Program-made: the position numbers and the translations under genes | NCBI GenBank assembly: GCA_046539325.1 | Contig: JBKHHD010000002.1 | Span: 1-64,000 of the forward strand | Reading direction: 5' to 3' | Length of the DNA stretch: 64,000 nucleotides | From: Candidatus Aenigmatarchaeota archaeon | GTDB lineage: Archaea; Aenigmatarchaeota; Aenigmatarchaeia; PWEA01 | Part shown: in pieces, positions 20,201-28,701 of the stretch | Position numbering within the stretch: the first letter of the stretch is position 1 | Layout: each line of letters opens with the position of its first letter | The notes under the pieces: model-generated | Told to the model about the DNA's origin: nothing | Databases searched by the model: none | What the model saw: the letters and a program-made list of their open reading frames with translations, nothing else

Positions 20201-20382
20201 TCAAGCTGTTCCTGAATGGAAACAAGAACGAAACGCTGGAAAACTGGAAGGATAAGCTGGAGGATAGGTTGATGGTTACAGAAATTGTTATAGGACAACT
20301 TCAGGGAGAGAAAGGTAGCTTTGAGCACGGCTCGTGGAAGGTAAATTACGGCTTTAAGCTGGTGGATAAACATGCTGAATAA
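17296..20382 (+). CDS. ileS: Isoleucine--tRNA ligase
   Basis: DGPPY..G.PHLGH, WTTTPWT, GTGCVHTAPGHG, DWCISRQRYWG, AMSKS. Confidence 0.97.
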   Translation: MNEEYDPKVIEKEIRQFWRENSIKEKVRKENKGKEKFFLLDGPPYLTGNPHLGHMLNKVVKDTVLRVKRMQGYDAWDQAGFDAHGLPNEVKTEEKLGIEKKTDIGTKISVEKFIEECKKRAVSSENVWKNVMEKLAVWQDFEDPYITFHDSYIESEWWFVKQAAEKDLIYKKKRPMYWCPRCMTSLSQNEISDEYKTIEDHSIFVKFPRKDKENEYFLIWTTTPWTIPGNVAILMHPDFRYARVKTEEGVLIMAKDLVEDVMEKLGIEDYKILNTVDGASLQGKEYVHPLREEVPKHEELDESMNVHRILNSRNLVTLEQGTGCVHTAPGHGEEDYEATRKYELDVFSPVNDEGNFTEEAGKYEGGYVHDTNEDVLDDLRTKGYLIGDTTIEHEYPHCWRCKTKIIQRATKQWYIDVSSLKFDMLEENEKVNWIPGKIRKRFENWLERGKDWCISRQRYWGVPIPIWVCEECGEREVIGSFDELEEKVGELPEDFDPHKPQADEWKWDCDCGGTMERTEDLLDVWCDSGCAPFASTHYPFEEEPFQSLRPMDFIVEGSDQIAKWFYYLMLCSVLAFDEAPSKEVLMHAFVLDEEGKAMSKSLGNVIEPEEIIEKMGTDIPRFWILENSPLWENPKVKLDEIENEGYKIFSVYWNTAQFLEKYRNGKIVRPGKLRPEDRWILSRLEKMVKEGHKRYEDKHFHNFCRKWRDFVLEDLSRWYVKSVRDRARKGDEAALWTLKQCIKKSTLIIAPIVPHVTEKVYRDVLKGERESVHTEEFPEVEKGRINEELEEEMKITRDVVNQIFSLREEEGRKLRWPVKRAVVSTEDEVRDKLRNMEKLIKDMGNVRDLEFGEVETKLETKPDYSNLGPKFKGDAEKVADTIEELTEEEAKELKEKGSLKKQGFEISEDDVKFSRSTSESISGKDFGQGKVFLDMEMTPELEEEAALSELTRDIQLSRKEEGLHVKDKVKLFLNGNKNETLENWKDKLEDRLMVTEIVIGQLQGEKGSFEHGSWKVNYGFKLVDKHAE

Positions 20383-20881
20383 AGAAGAGATCGTGGACCT
20401 CATTGAAAGTGAAGATCTTGTTGAGAACCTCCCACATCTGGAAACGCAGATTCAACCCAACGGCTTTGATATTACTGTGGATAAGATATTCAGCTTTTCG
20501 GGAAGCGGTAAGCTCGACTTCTCCAACTCGGAGCGCGAGATACCTGAGACAGAGGAAATAAAACCGGAGAAGAAAAAAGAAGAGGACAACTACGGCTGGT
20601 GGAAGCTGGAAAAAGGAACTTACAAGGTAAGGACAAACGAAAGATTCAATATGCCCAACGACCTAGCTGGAATTGTATTCCCTCGTTCTTCGCTCCTTAG
20701 GATGGGCTGTACAACTGAAACAGGTGTTTGGGACGCAGGTTACAGCGGCAAGGCCGAGTTTCTGCTCATAGTTGAAAACGAAGAAGACGTGGAGATAAAG
20801 GAGAACGCAAGGATTGCTCAGCTACTTTTCATACCTATAGATGAGGTAGAAGAGGGCTACAGGGGTGTCTATGGTGAATGA
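20372..20881 (+). CDS. dUTPase / dCTP deaminase family (archaeal dUTPase-like)
   Basis: QIQPNGFD, PRSSLLRMG, WDAGYSG, RIAQ. Confidence 0.88.
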   Translation: MLNKEEIVDLIESEDLVENLPHLETQIQPNGFDITVDKIFSFSGSGKLDFSNSEREIPETEEIKPEKKKEEDNYGWWKLEKGTYKVRTNERFNMPNDLAGIVFPRSSLLRMGCTTETGVWDAGYSGKAEFLLIVENEEDVEIKENARIAQLLFIPIDEVEEGYRGVYGE

Positions 20882-21437
20882 GGTTTCAAAGGAAGATTTG
20901 ATTGAACTTACGGAAGAGATAGAAGACAAAGAGCTTAGAAGCAAGACTTCAGATCTCTTGGATAATCTGGAGCTCAGCAACGAGAACTTTGACTACGAGA
21001 AGTCCGACCTCGAAAAAATTCCCTGCTGGATAGGAGGTCACCATTACTACGAGGGTGGGCTTATAGAACATATCTACTCCGTAGTTAAGTTATGTATAGA
21101 TCTGGCGGATAACTTCAAGGAGTTTTACGGAAGGGAGCTGGACAGGGACAGTTTGATTTCTGCCGCTCTTCTCCATGATCTCGCGAAGCAGTTTATAATC
21201 GAGGGCATGGAAGGCTTCGGGGACTACAAGCTTGACCACGAAGTATGGATCTCCTGTGAGCTTTACTCTAGAGGTTTCCCTGAAAAGGTGATAGAGATTA
21301 TAATGGGGCACGGTGGGGAGACGCATGAACCCATGCCAAAATCCGAGGAGGCCAAGATACTACACCACGCAGACTCGTTGGATGCGGAGATGAACGAGGA
21401 CGAAGTCTTTGGAGGAGGTGCAGTCCTTGAACTATGA
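20865..21437 (+). CDS. HD-domain hydrolase (YhaM-like)
   Basis: HHYYEGGLIEH, ALLHDLAK, H.ADSLDA. Confidence 0.85.
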   Translation: MSMVNEVSKEDLIELTEEIEDKELRSKTSDLLDNLELSNENFDYEKSDLEKIPCWIGGHHYYEGGLIEHIYSVVKLCIDLADNFKEFYGRELDRDSLISAALLHDLAKQFIIEGMEGFGDYKLDHEVWISCELYSRGFPEKVIEIIMGHGGETHEPMPKSEEAKILHHADSLDAEMNEDEVFGGGAVLEL

Positions 21438-22461
21438 AAAAAGTAAGAAGTTTCTTCAGAGCCTGGAAAAGCCTACTATAGTCTATCACAAGGACGCAGA
21501 CGGCGTCTGTTCTGCAGCACTTCTCCAGAAAATGGTTTCCGGTAACGCCCTCCCGAACAACGGACCCGGGATACAGCTCGGTGAGGATCTTCTTGAATCC
21601 CTGAAGGACAGTGAAAGCGTTGTATTTCTAGACATTCCCGTCGACCAGCTTTCCGTAGTAGAAGAGCTTGATCAAAAGGTATTCATACTTGATCATCATC
21701 CACCTGAAAAAGACCTAACGGGCGGCAAAGTTCTTCACGAAAACCCTAGGTTCGGCGACGCAGAGAAGTACCTCCCGGCCTCGTACCTTGTATTCCAGCT
21801 TCTCAAAGAAAAGGACAAAGCATGGAAGGCTGGCGTAGGTGTTGTAGGCGACCACGGCGTCGAGGACTGCCAGAACCTGTTCGAGATAATAGCCAAAGAG
21901 AATCCAGAGGTCGTAGAAGAAGGGAAATATACATATGAAAATATAAAGGAAGGCAAATTAGGGATTATAGCGGATATGATAGAGGCCTCCAAGGTCGTTG
22001 AAGGGCTCGACGGGATAAGGAAAGCGCAGAGGATAATTAAAGATGCTTCTGAGCCGAACGATATCTTCAACACTGAGCTCAAGGACTTCTACGAGATTTA
22101 TATCAAAGAGCTGGAAGTCGAAAAGGAAAAGTTTGAGAAGGAAGCCGAATACTTTTCGAAAAGCAACTCCTACCTCTATGAGATAAATTCCCAGTACTCC
22201 TTGGTTTCTGACCTTGCAACCTCGATGTCAAACCGAAAGCCTGAAGCTGTTGTAATTGTTTACGAGAAGGGTAGAAACGGGATGAAGATATCTGGAAGGT
22301 GTCAAAGCGGCAGGATCGACGTATCTGAGATAATAAAGTACGCAGCAGAAGGCCACGGCACAGGCGGCGGACATCCCCAAGCTGCCGGTGGTTTTGTGAA
22401 ACAAGGGAAGGAGGAAGTCGCATTGGAAAGGTTCAGGGAAAAGCTTGAGGGAATTTCCTAG
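21427..22461 (+). CDS. DHH/DHHA1 phosphoesterase (RecJ-like)
   Basis: HKDADG, LDHH, GGGHPQAAG; TTG start after GGAGGTG. Confidence 0.88.
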   Translation: MNYEKSKKFLQSLEKPTIVYHKDADGVCSAALLQKMVSGNALPNNGPGIQLGEDLLESLKDSESVVFLDIPVDQLSVVEELDQKVFILDHHPPEKDLTGGKVLHENPRFGDAEKYLPASYLVFQLLKEKDKAWKAGVGVVGDHGVEDCQNLFEIIAKENPEVVEEGKYTYENIKEGKLGIIADMIEASKVVEGLDGIRKAQRIIKDASEPNDIFNTELKDFYEIYIKELEVEKEKFEKEAEYFSKSNSYLYEINSQYSLVSDLATSMSNRKPEAVVIVYEKGRNGMKISGRCQSGRIDVSEIIKYAAEGHGTGGGHPQAAGGFVKQGKEEVALERFREKLEGIS

Positions 22462-23108
22462 GACTTCTGGGCAACTATGAAGCAGTGGTCATCTTCAAAG
22501 GGATCAAGCCTGAGAAACTCCTTAATTTCAAAATCTTCCCTGAGATTCGACTTAACATCTTCGTATATACTTTCGGGATCCTCGGTAACATCTGTGGCTC
22601 TTGCCTTAACAGCCAACATTATCCAGCCTTTCTTCTTTAGAAACTCCTTTGCATTTCTTTTGAGAATTTCAACCTGGTCTGGCTGGGCAACGTCCTGATA
22701 AACGACGTCGACTTTTTCAACCCAGTCGTACTGTTCAGGCTTCCTTGCATCAGCAAGTACAGGCACCATATTGCTTCTCCTTTCACAGACTTTGAGAAGA
22801 TCACGTACAGCCCTTTCAGAGAACTCGACAAGGTAAGCTATTCCCTCTTCTTCTATTATATCGGATATATGGGAAGGTGTTGTTCCCTGAGCAGCTCCGA
22901 GGTAGAGTACTTTCGTTCCCTTTTCAAGTGGAAAGTTTCCGAGGTCTTTTTTGAGTGCCGCGGCGAGCTTTGACCTGTTCGGATCCCAGCTCCTCAGCTC
23001 CTTGTCTTCTTTGATCAGTCCTTCGCCGTAAACCTTGTTCCCAGGATCAAGGTTAACCGTATAGAACTTTCCTTGTTTGTTCACAACGTTATTAAATACC
23101 TCATTCAT
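22458..23108 (-). CDS. flpA: Fibrillarin-like rRNA/tRNA 2'-O-methyltransferase
   Basis: WDPNRSKLAA, VLYLGAAQGTT.SHISD, DVAQPDQ. Confidence 0.96.
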   Translation of the reverse strand: MNEVFNNVVNKQGKFYTVNLDPGNKVYGEGLIKEDKELRSWDPNRSKLAAALKKDLGNFPLEKGTKVLYLGAAQGTTPSHISDIIEEEGIAYLVEFSERAVRDLLKVCERRSNMVPVLADARKPEQYDWVEKVDVVYQDVAQPDQVEILKRNAKEFLKKKGWIMLAVKARATDVTEDPESIYEDVKSNLREDFEIKEFLRLDPFEDDHCFIVAQKS

Positions 23109-24162
23109 TCCTTATCTCCTCCAGTTCCTTTTGCAGTTTTTCCTTATACTTTTCACCCTTGAACTTATCCGTATACTGGTCAGTCCTTGCTGCCATCATG
23201 AGCTTTGAAGCTATAGCTCTCGCGGCCTTGCCTCGTTTATCCTCTGGAGTCTGTTGTATGTAAGGATGGTTGTAGATAATACCGTGTTTAGGAGGCTTAC
23301 CTCCGCCCTTCAGATGGCGGAAAAGCGCTTTCTCAGCACCGAGAAGTTGGATCTTCGAAGAAGGCATCCTTGCAAGTTTCTTCAATGAGCCAGCAAGGGA
23401 AATAAGTTGCGCTGCCATTTCAGCCCCTATTATATGTGTGACGTTTGGGGCGATATCCTTCATAACGTTTTCAAGGTATTCTTTGATCTCCTCCTCCTGC
23501 TCGTAGACAGACTTGACCTGTCTTGCAAAACTTCTCATAGCTTCTATATCCTTCCTGTCGAGGTCTATGCCCATTGAACCCGCGTAATCCTCAAAGTCCT
23601 CTCTCCCGTCAAGTTCTGCTGCAAGCTCCGCGTACTTTTCGTTTTCCTCGACACTCAGCTCCGGATAGTAGAGGCCGTACCATTCCTGAAGCCTTTCGGA
23701 GAGTTCATTAGTTATTCTTCTAAGGTCCTGGAGGGCAGAAACGGCCTGTGCAGCAACCTTGTCCTTCTTGACCGAAGACTTGATTTCCTTTCTAGTCCTC
23801 AAAATCTGTATATCTCTCATTATTTTGTTGAACTCCCTATCGTTTTCCACAAAGCCAGAGTCCTTTGAAAGGCTTCTCAAGTTGTTTCTAAGGTATTCGG
23901 AAGCTGAGACCTCATCTTTCAACTCTACATCAAAGTTCTTTGGATCAACGGGAAGTTCAGTAACTATATTTTGAGTATCTAGAATTCCTACAACATCTTC
24001 CAACTCTTCAGTAACCTTACCTTCTTTTAGCATGTCTAGTTTCTCCTCTATTTCTTCAGCGTCTCGTGGAAAAGGAGAGGTAGCTACTAAATTCTTATCC
24101 CTGTCAAAAGCAAAGACTCCTGGGATATCCGCCACCAAAAATATGAATCCAATTTCTGACAT
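23101..24162 (-). CDS. nop5: C/D box RNP subunit Nop5 (Nop56/58)
   Basis: EWYGLYYPEL, APN, IQLLGAEKALF, PKHGII. Confidence 0.95.
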   Translation of the reverse strand: MSEIGFIFLVADIPGVFAFDRDKNLVATSPFPRDAEEIEEKLDMLKEGKVTEELEDVVGILDTQNIVTELPVDPKNFDVELKDEVSASEYLRNNLRSLSKDSGFVENDREFNKIMRDIQILRTRKEIKSSVKKDKVAAQAVSALQDLRRITNELSERLQEWYGLYYPELSVEENEKYAELAAELDGREDFEDYAGSMGIDLDRKDIEAMRSFARQVKSVYEQEEEIKEYLENVMKDIAPNVTHIIGAEMAAQLISLAGSLKKLARMPSSKIQLLGAEKALFRHLKGGGKPPKHGIIYNHPYIQQTPEDKRGKAARAIASKLMMAARTDQYTDKFKGEKYKEKLQKELEEIRNE

Positions 24163-24232
24163 GTTAACCAGTTACTGTGCTTTCAACTATTAAAAATATA
24201 AGTAGTTGTTGGTAAACTAAAGGTGTGAGAAG

Positions 24233-24649
24233 ATGAACAAAGGACAGACAATGGTTGTAGCTGCGATACTAATGGTTTCTGTAATAATAGCTTTGGCGTC
24301 AGGAATACTGGTTTTCGGAAAAGAAAATATAACGGACGTCCTAAATGTCGGTGAAGAGGAGGTCGACGAAAGGATAGACGAAACAAAGGCCTCGATAGCC
24401 ATAAACTCCGTATCTGATAAAATAGAGGTAATGAATATCGGAAGCGTAGAGCTACCAGTCGATTTCTCAGTATACGTCGACGGAGAACCGTATGAAGTGG
24501 AACATACATGCGGCGATAAGATCGAAGTTGGAGAAAGATGTAATCTATCCCTCCCGAACTTTGACAGCGATCTATGCACATACGAGATAACTATCCACGG
24601 TCCTGCGGATACATGGGACGAAGTCGAGGCAGGAGAAGCATGCGATTGA
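24233..24649 (+). CDS. Archaeal type IV pilin-like protein
   Basis: Class III signal MNKG/QTMV plus hydrophobic helix; VMNIG, VYVDG; four Cys. Confidence 0.75.
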   Translation: MNKGQTMVVAAILMVSVIIALASGILVFGKENITDVLNVGEEEVDERIDETKASIAINSVSDKIEVMNIGSVELPVDFSVYVDGEPYEVEHTCGDKIEVGERCNLSLPNFDSDLCTYEITIHGPADTWDEVEAGEACD

Positions 24650-24663
24650 AGTTCTTATCGGTA

Positions 24664-24802
24664 TGCGGGGGGCCGGATTCGAACCGACGAAGGTACTAAA
24701 CCACCAGATTTCTCATCGGAACAAAGAAATTTCCTCAAAACTCAAGTCAAACTTGAGTCTGGCCCCTATAGCCTTCATATTTGACCGCTTGGGTACCCCC
24801 GC
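24664..24802 (-). tRNA. tRNA-Leu(CAA) with two introns: 13 nt at the D-loop (about 24768-24780) and 42 nt at 37/38 (24710-24751)
   Basis: Reverse complement GCGGGGG/CCCCCGC acceptor, CCAGA/TCTGG anticodon stem, long variable arm, TTCGAAT; BHB helix CTCA/TGAG. Confidence 0.9.
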
Positions 24803-24825
24803 AAAAAGATGAAGAAGGGAAGTTG

Positions 24826-25449
24826 TTACTCCATTCTGTCGAGGCTATCGCGGATGTTTCTGAGTTCACCCTGTAGGTCCTGAACAGTCTTCGAAACTCC
24901 AGACTCGGGCTCGCTTATGATTTCTTCTGAACCTTCAGGTCTTATGAACTTTTCATCCATTGAGACCAGTGTATTTGCAAGGTTCGCCATTCCCTCTCTG
25001 AGTTCTTTCATACCTCTCCTCTTGATGTTATCAACTTCGTTCATGAGTTCGAAAAGCTGCTTGAGATCGGCGAGGGAACTCCTGACGGACTCAAGATCCT
25101 GCAAGACTTCGTTGTACTTGTCTATCTTGACGAAAAGCGGTGCAAAGTCATCGTCTTTTCCCTGTGGTGGTTTTCTGGTAATATCGGGCATCTCTTCTCT
25201 TCTATCTCCATCCTCCCTTATCCTAACGGATGGTTCGCCCATCATTTCACCTGTCCCTTCAAATTCTACTGACTCCTCTCCAGGAGGTACAGGACCTTCG
25301 TCTATAGGTGCTTCCTCTGTTTCTTCCTCACAAATCTCGGGTCTGGGGGGTTCAGGCAAACGTGTCTCGCCTCTACCTTCTCCTTCGACTTGTCTCTTAA
25401 CCTCTTCTATCTCTCTCTTCTTTTCATCGTCGCTCTTCCAAAATGCCAT
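24826..25449 (-). CDS. Hypothetical protein, Pro/Glu-rich N-terminus and coiled-coil C-terminus
   Basis: Long ORF with host-like composition; PLFVKIDKY followed by heptad pattern. Confidence 0.7.
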   Translation of the reverse strand: MAFWKSDDEKKREIEEVKRQVEGEGRGETRLPEPPRPEICEEETEEAPIDEGPVPPGEESVEFEGTGEMMGEPSVRIREDGDRREEMPDITRKPPQGKDDDFAPLFVKIDKYNEVLQDLESVRSSLADLKQLFELMNEVDNIKRRGMKELREGMANLANTLVSMDEKFIRPEGSEEIISEPESGVSKTVQDLQGELRNIRDSLDRME

Positions 25450-25499
25450 TATAAATCACAGGTATGTTTACTCCTTCTACATTTAAATATTTTCAAGCA

Positions 25500-25802
25500 C
25501 TATCCACCGAAAATCGATCCAAAACCTTCGGCAGCTTCCTTCTCTGCGGCCTCTATAGCTTCAATCACTTCTTCCTTTTCAGTTCCCTGTAACTCTTCCC
25601 CGAACTCTGAAAGCTTTTCCCTTGCCTGTTCACAGACCTCGTCGTCGCCGTCAAGCATTACAAAGATTCCTTCGGCGTCGACATCAATCGTCTCTGAGCT
25701 CTTCTGGCTTATGGAAAGCCTGGCTATAGGGTCTTCGTCGAGAACATCCTGAAGCTTTGGCTTTTCCGACTCTCCAACGTTGAACACAATTTTCATGATC
25801 AA
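25500..25802 (-). CDS. Small acidic hypothetical protein
   Basis: ORF with GGTG SD; ends AAEGFGSIFGG. Confidence 0.7.
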   Translation of the reverse strand: MIMKIVFNVGESEKPKLQDVLDEDPIARLSISQKSSETIDVDAEGIFVMLDGDDEVCEQAREKLSEFGEELQGTEKEEVIEAIEAAEKEAAEGFGSIFGG

Positions 25803-25914
25803 ACACCTAACATTAAAACCAATGCATTGCTTAAAAGTCTTTCGGGGCTCTCGAAAGACATAAGCAACCCTGAGAAAATGTGGAAGTTAAATCGGTGGTA
25901 AACGAGACACAATT

Positions 25915-26223
25915 CTACTCTTCTTTGTTTGCTTCGGGGGTTATTAGTCTGTTACAATACTTGTTTATATCCAGACCTTCATCGGTATTCTCCTCAGAAA
26001 TCCCTGCATTCTCTTCCTCGGAAGGAGGTAAAACTGCATAAACACTATTCCCTTGTTCAAGGATGAAGGCTTGTCCAGACTTCATAGTATAAGGAAGTAG
26101 AGCGTTCTCTAAAGAACACCCAGGATCGTAATCCTCGCCCCACTCGATTATCCTATAGTCCATATCCATCTCTTCTAATTTACTTTTCAGTTCTTCCAAA
26201 TCGTTTAGCTCCAACAAAAACAC
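25915..26223 (-). CDS. Small acidic ORFan 1
   Basis: 102-aa ORF with own TATA-like box; start uncertain. Confidence 0.55.
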   Translation of the reverse strand: MFLLELNDLEELKSKLEEMDMDYRIIEWGEDYDPGCSLENALLPYTMKSGQAFILEQGNSVYAVLPPSEEENAGISEENTDEGLDINKYCNRLITPEANKEE

Positions 26224-26354
26224 CCAGACTGTTCTAATTCTTAATTACAAGTTATCAATCCAAGTTTAAATTTCTTATCTAGAATTAAAGAGGGCCTAAA
26301 TAGCCTTCAATCTAATCGAAAGCTCGATAAAGTAGCCAAGCAACCATGAACCGT

Positions 26355-26582
26355 CTAGAGGAGATGAATACTGGAGGCCGCGTTCTTCAGTGCACCAAAA
26401 ATTCCCTCTTCTTCGTATGAATCTTCTTGCCCTGTCACAACGTAAACTCCCAACTCTTTCTGATCCTCTTGATCAATTTCTTTGATAGTGTCGGCATATT
26501 CGGGTATGTTGCATTCTCGACCTTCTACTATAGGCGCATTCTGTCTAGGCTCATAGTTGGGGGTGTTCCTAGGTTCTACCAT
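26355..26582 (-). CDS. Small acidic ORFan 2
   Basis: 75-aa ATG ORF with upstream TATA-like box. Confidence 0.55.
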   Translation of the reverse strand: MVEPRNTPNYEPRQNAPIVEGRECNIPEYADTIKEIDQEDQKELGVYVVTGQEDSYEEEGIFGALKNAASSIHLL

Positions 26583-26844
26583 ATCCTAATCAATTATAAA
26601 TTGTTTTCAATCTTTTTTAAAAGTTTACACAGGCAAAGAAGGTCTTTCAATGTCACAAAAAGTTATATAATAACTCAAGGTATCCTAAATAGTATAATAA
26701 CCTTAAATGTAGAATATAATGACATATAGAAGATAAGGAGACATTGAAAAATACATGTAAGTATTAAAGGATGTCTAAAACTTATAGAATTCTGATTAGG
26801 CCGTTTCTTTTCCTTCGGAAGTTCTATATTCCTCTATTTTTGTA

Positions 26845-27000
26845 CTAGGAGTCCTCATTAGAACTGTAATATTTTTCTGAGATTAATAAGTCATCTACAG
26901 GGTAAAGAGGACCACCTAAATCCGCATCAAAAAAGTAGTTATACTTACAAGCCTTATCTGCAAATTCATCAAGCTTTTCAAGTATACTAGAATAATCCAA
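26845..27000 (-). CDS. Small acidic ORFan 3 (51 aa, not in ORF track)
   Basis: GGTGAG SD then TTG: MDYSSILEKLDEFADKACKYNYFFDADLGGPLYPVDDLLISEKYYSSNEDS*. Confidence 0.5.
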   Translation of the reverse strand: MDYSSILEKLDEFADKACKYNYFFDADLGGPLYPVDDLLISEKYYSSNEDS

Positions 27001-27199
27001 GATCTCACCATCTATTAGATTACAAACAAAGGCTTATAAAATTTACCGAGGATAAAGACAGGGCCTAAAAGCTTTCTAAGATCCAGTGAAGCCTTTAAAT
27101 AAATTTTTTAAAAGTAAGAACTAAACTTACGCAAAGACAGAAAATTCAGATAAGAATACGTTATAGCTATATCTGAAAAGAAAACCGACCCCGGACAAA

Positions 27200-27463
27200 T
27201 TACTTCCGGGAATTTGCTTTCCTGGCAACCTCCCTTACAATATCTTCAGAGTCATTCAGGGATAGACCGGACCCATACGCAAGCTCCTGCTTGGCCTTAT
27301 CGACAAAGGGTTCGCCCAGTTCACCATCACTGTAATTAGATCCCGGCCTACGATCAGTGGGGTTGTCTTCTTCCTTATAAAAGAAGCAGCCCATGAAAGG
27401 ATCTACATTTAAAGGATCCTCATTGTATGTCGAATTTCCCATGTCAGGGTAAATCTTGTTCAT
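27200..27463 (-). CDS. Small ORFan 4
   Basis: 87-aa ATG ORF, TATATAA about 30 nt upstream. Confidence 0.55.
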   Translation of the reverse strand: MNKIYPDMGNSTYNEDPLNVDPFMGCFFYKEEDNPTDRRPGSNYSDGELGEPFVDKAKQELAYGSGLSLNDSEDIVREVARKANSRK

Positions 27464-27590
27464 AGTTTCAGGTGAAGTTTTAGAACCAAGGCTTATATAT
27501 CTTTACTCGAGTAAGAGAGCCCAAATGAAGCCAATTTTAGATAAATAACTGGCACAAAGACTTCCTCGGAGGAAAAGATTTTTAAATTAT

Positions 27591-27628
27591 TGTTTATAAA
27601 AGTAAACACATGTTTACAAAAGTAAACA
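27591..27628. promoter_or_regulatory. Tandem palindromic operator TGTTTA-N6-TAAACA x2 overlapping the MNT start codon
   Basis: TGTTTATAAAAGTAAACA (27591-27608) and TGTTTACAAAAGTAAACA (27611-27628). Confidence 0.7.
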
Positions 27629-28158
27629 AAATTGGTTGGAAAATACTTGAGCTTTTCTTCGAAGAGCCTACAGAGGCCTTACATCTAAGAGAAGTCGCAA
27701 AGAGAATAGATGTCTCTCCAAGAACTGCAAAGAAACATCTAACCGATCTTGAAGATGAAGGTTTTATTGAATCGGAAGAAGACGGTGTTTATCTTCGCTT
27801 TAAAGCTTCAAGGAACCAAAAGTTCAAGGACTGGAAAGTCCTGTACAACTTAAGAAGAATAAGGAATTCGGGACTTGTAGACTTTCTCAACGAGAAGTTC
27901 AACTTTCCTCTGATTGTACTATTCGGTTCCGCATCAGAGGGTGACGACATCGATAAAAGCGATCTAGATATATTTGTTCTAACAGAGTGCAAGAAAAAAG
28001 TCGATCTAGAAGTTTTTGAAGACAGGATGGATAAGGAGATCCAACTAATTACCAGGACCGAGAAAGAACTCGAGAAGATGAAGGAAAATAACCCGGAACT
28101 CCTAAACAATATCCTCAACGGTATAGTTGTTTCCGGTTACTGGGAGATGTTTAAATGA
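27610..28158 (+). CDS. wHTH-fused minimal nucleotidyltransferase (MNT antitoxin)
   Basis: N-terminal HTH (LREVAKRIDVS); LFGS..EGDD...SDLDIF = GSX10DXD. Confidence 0.88.
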   Translation: MFTKVNKIGWKILELFFEEPTEALHLREVAKRIDVSPRTAKKHLTDLEDEGFIESEEDGVYLRFKASRNQKFKDWKVLYNLRRIRNSGLVDFLNEKFNFPLIVLFGSASEGDDIDKSDLDIFVLTECKKKVDLEVFEDRMDKEIQLITRTEKELEKMKENNPELLNNILNGIVVSGYWEMFK

Positions 28159-28573
28159 GTTGGAAGGAATGTCTTGAGAAAAACGATGCAAAGGGGGCAA
28201 GAAAGATAGAAATAGAGCAATATCTTTGGTGAAGACCTCTGAAAATAGAATGAGACATGTTCTTGAGAGCGAGATAAAGGACTACAACGCTTCCACTTTG
28301 TTTTCTGAAGCCTACGAAGCTCTCCTACAGATATGCCAGGCAATAATATCTTTAAGGGGCTATAAAGTCTACAACCATGTCTGTATAACTTCGTTCCTTG
28401 ACGAAGTTCTTGGAAAGAAGGCAATTTCAAATAAATCTGATAGGTACAGAAAGGTCAGAAACAGGATAAACTACTACGGCGAGGAGGTCTATGAAGACTT
28501 CGCAGAAAAAGCTATCTCGGAGATAGAGGATATAATCTCATCACTTAAGGACGAGTTTCTCGAAGACATCTGA
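28155..28573 (+). pseudogene. HEPN-domain toxin partner, frameshifted near codon 14 (or N-terminally truncated)
   Basis: ATG 28155 overlapping the MNT stop reads MSWKECLEKNDAK then hits a stop; the HEPN frame (KDRNRAISLVKT..YEAL..NH..RNRINYYG) is offset by 1 nt around G5 at 28193-28197. Confidence 0.7.
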
Positions 28574-28575
28574 AT

Positions 28576-28653
28576 TGGAGCCCCGGGTGGGATTTGAACC
28601 CACGGCCTGCGCCTTACGAGGGCGCCGCTCCGGCCGAACTGAGCTACCGAGGC
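28576..28653 (-). tRNA. tRNA-Thr(CGT), CCA encoded
   Basis: Reverse complement GCCTCGG...GCGCC CT CGT AA GGCGC...TTCAAAT...CCGGGGC T CCA. Confidence 0.95.
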
Positions 28654-28701
28654 TGAACAGGCATATTATATTCGACAAGGTTTAAATATTTCTCCGCACC
28701 A

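Noticed and set aside
17449-20403. Long antisense ORFs over ileS (also over the S-layer, adhesin and srp54 genes)
   Set aside because: Ser/Phe/Leu-rich mirror frames of GAA/GAG-rich sense genes with no motifs
25900-27600. CRISPR array or integron in the AT-rich ORFan region
   Set aside because: No regularly spaced identical repeats, no attC-like palindromes, no cas or integrase gene
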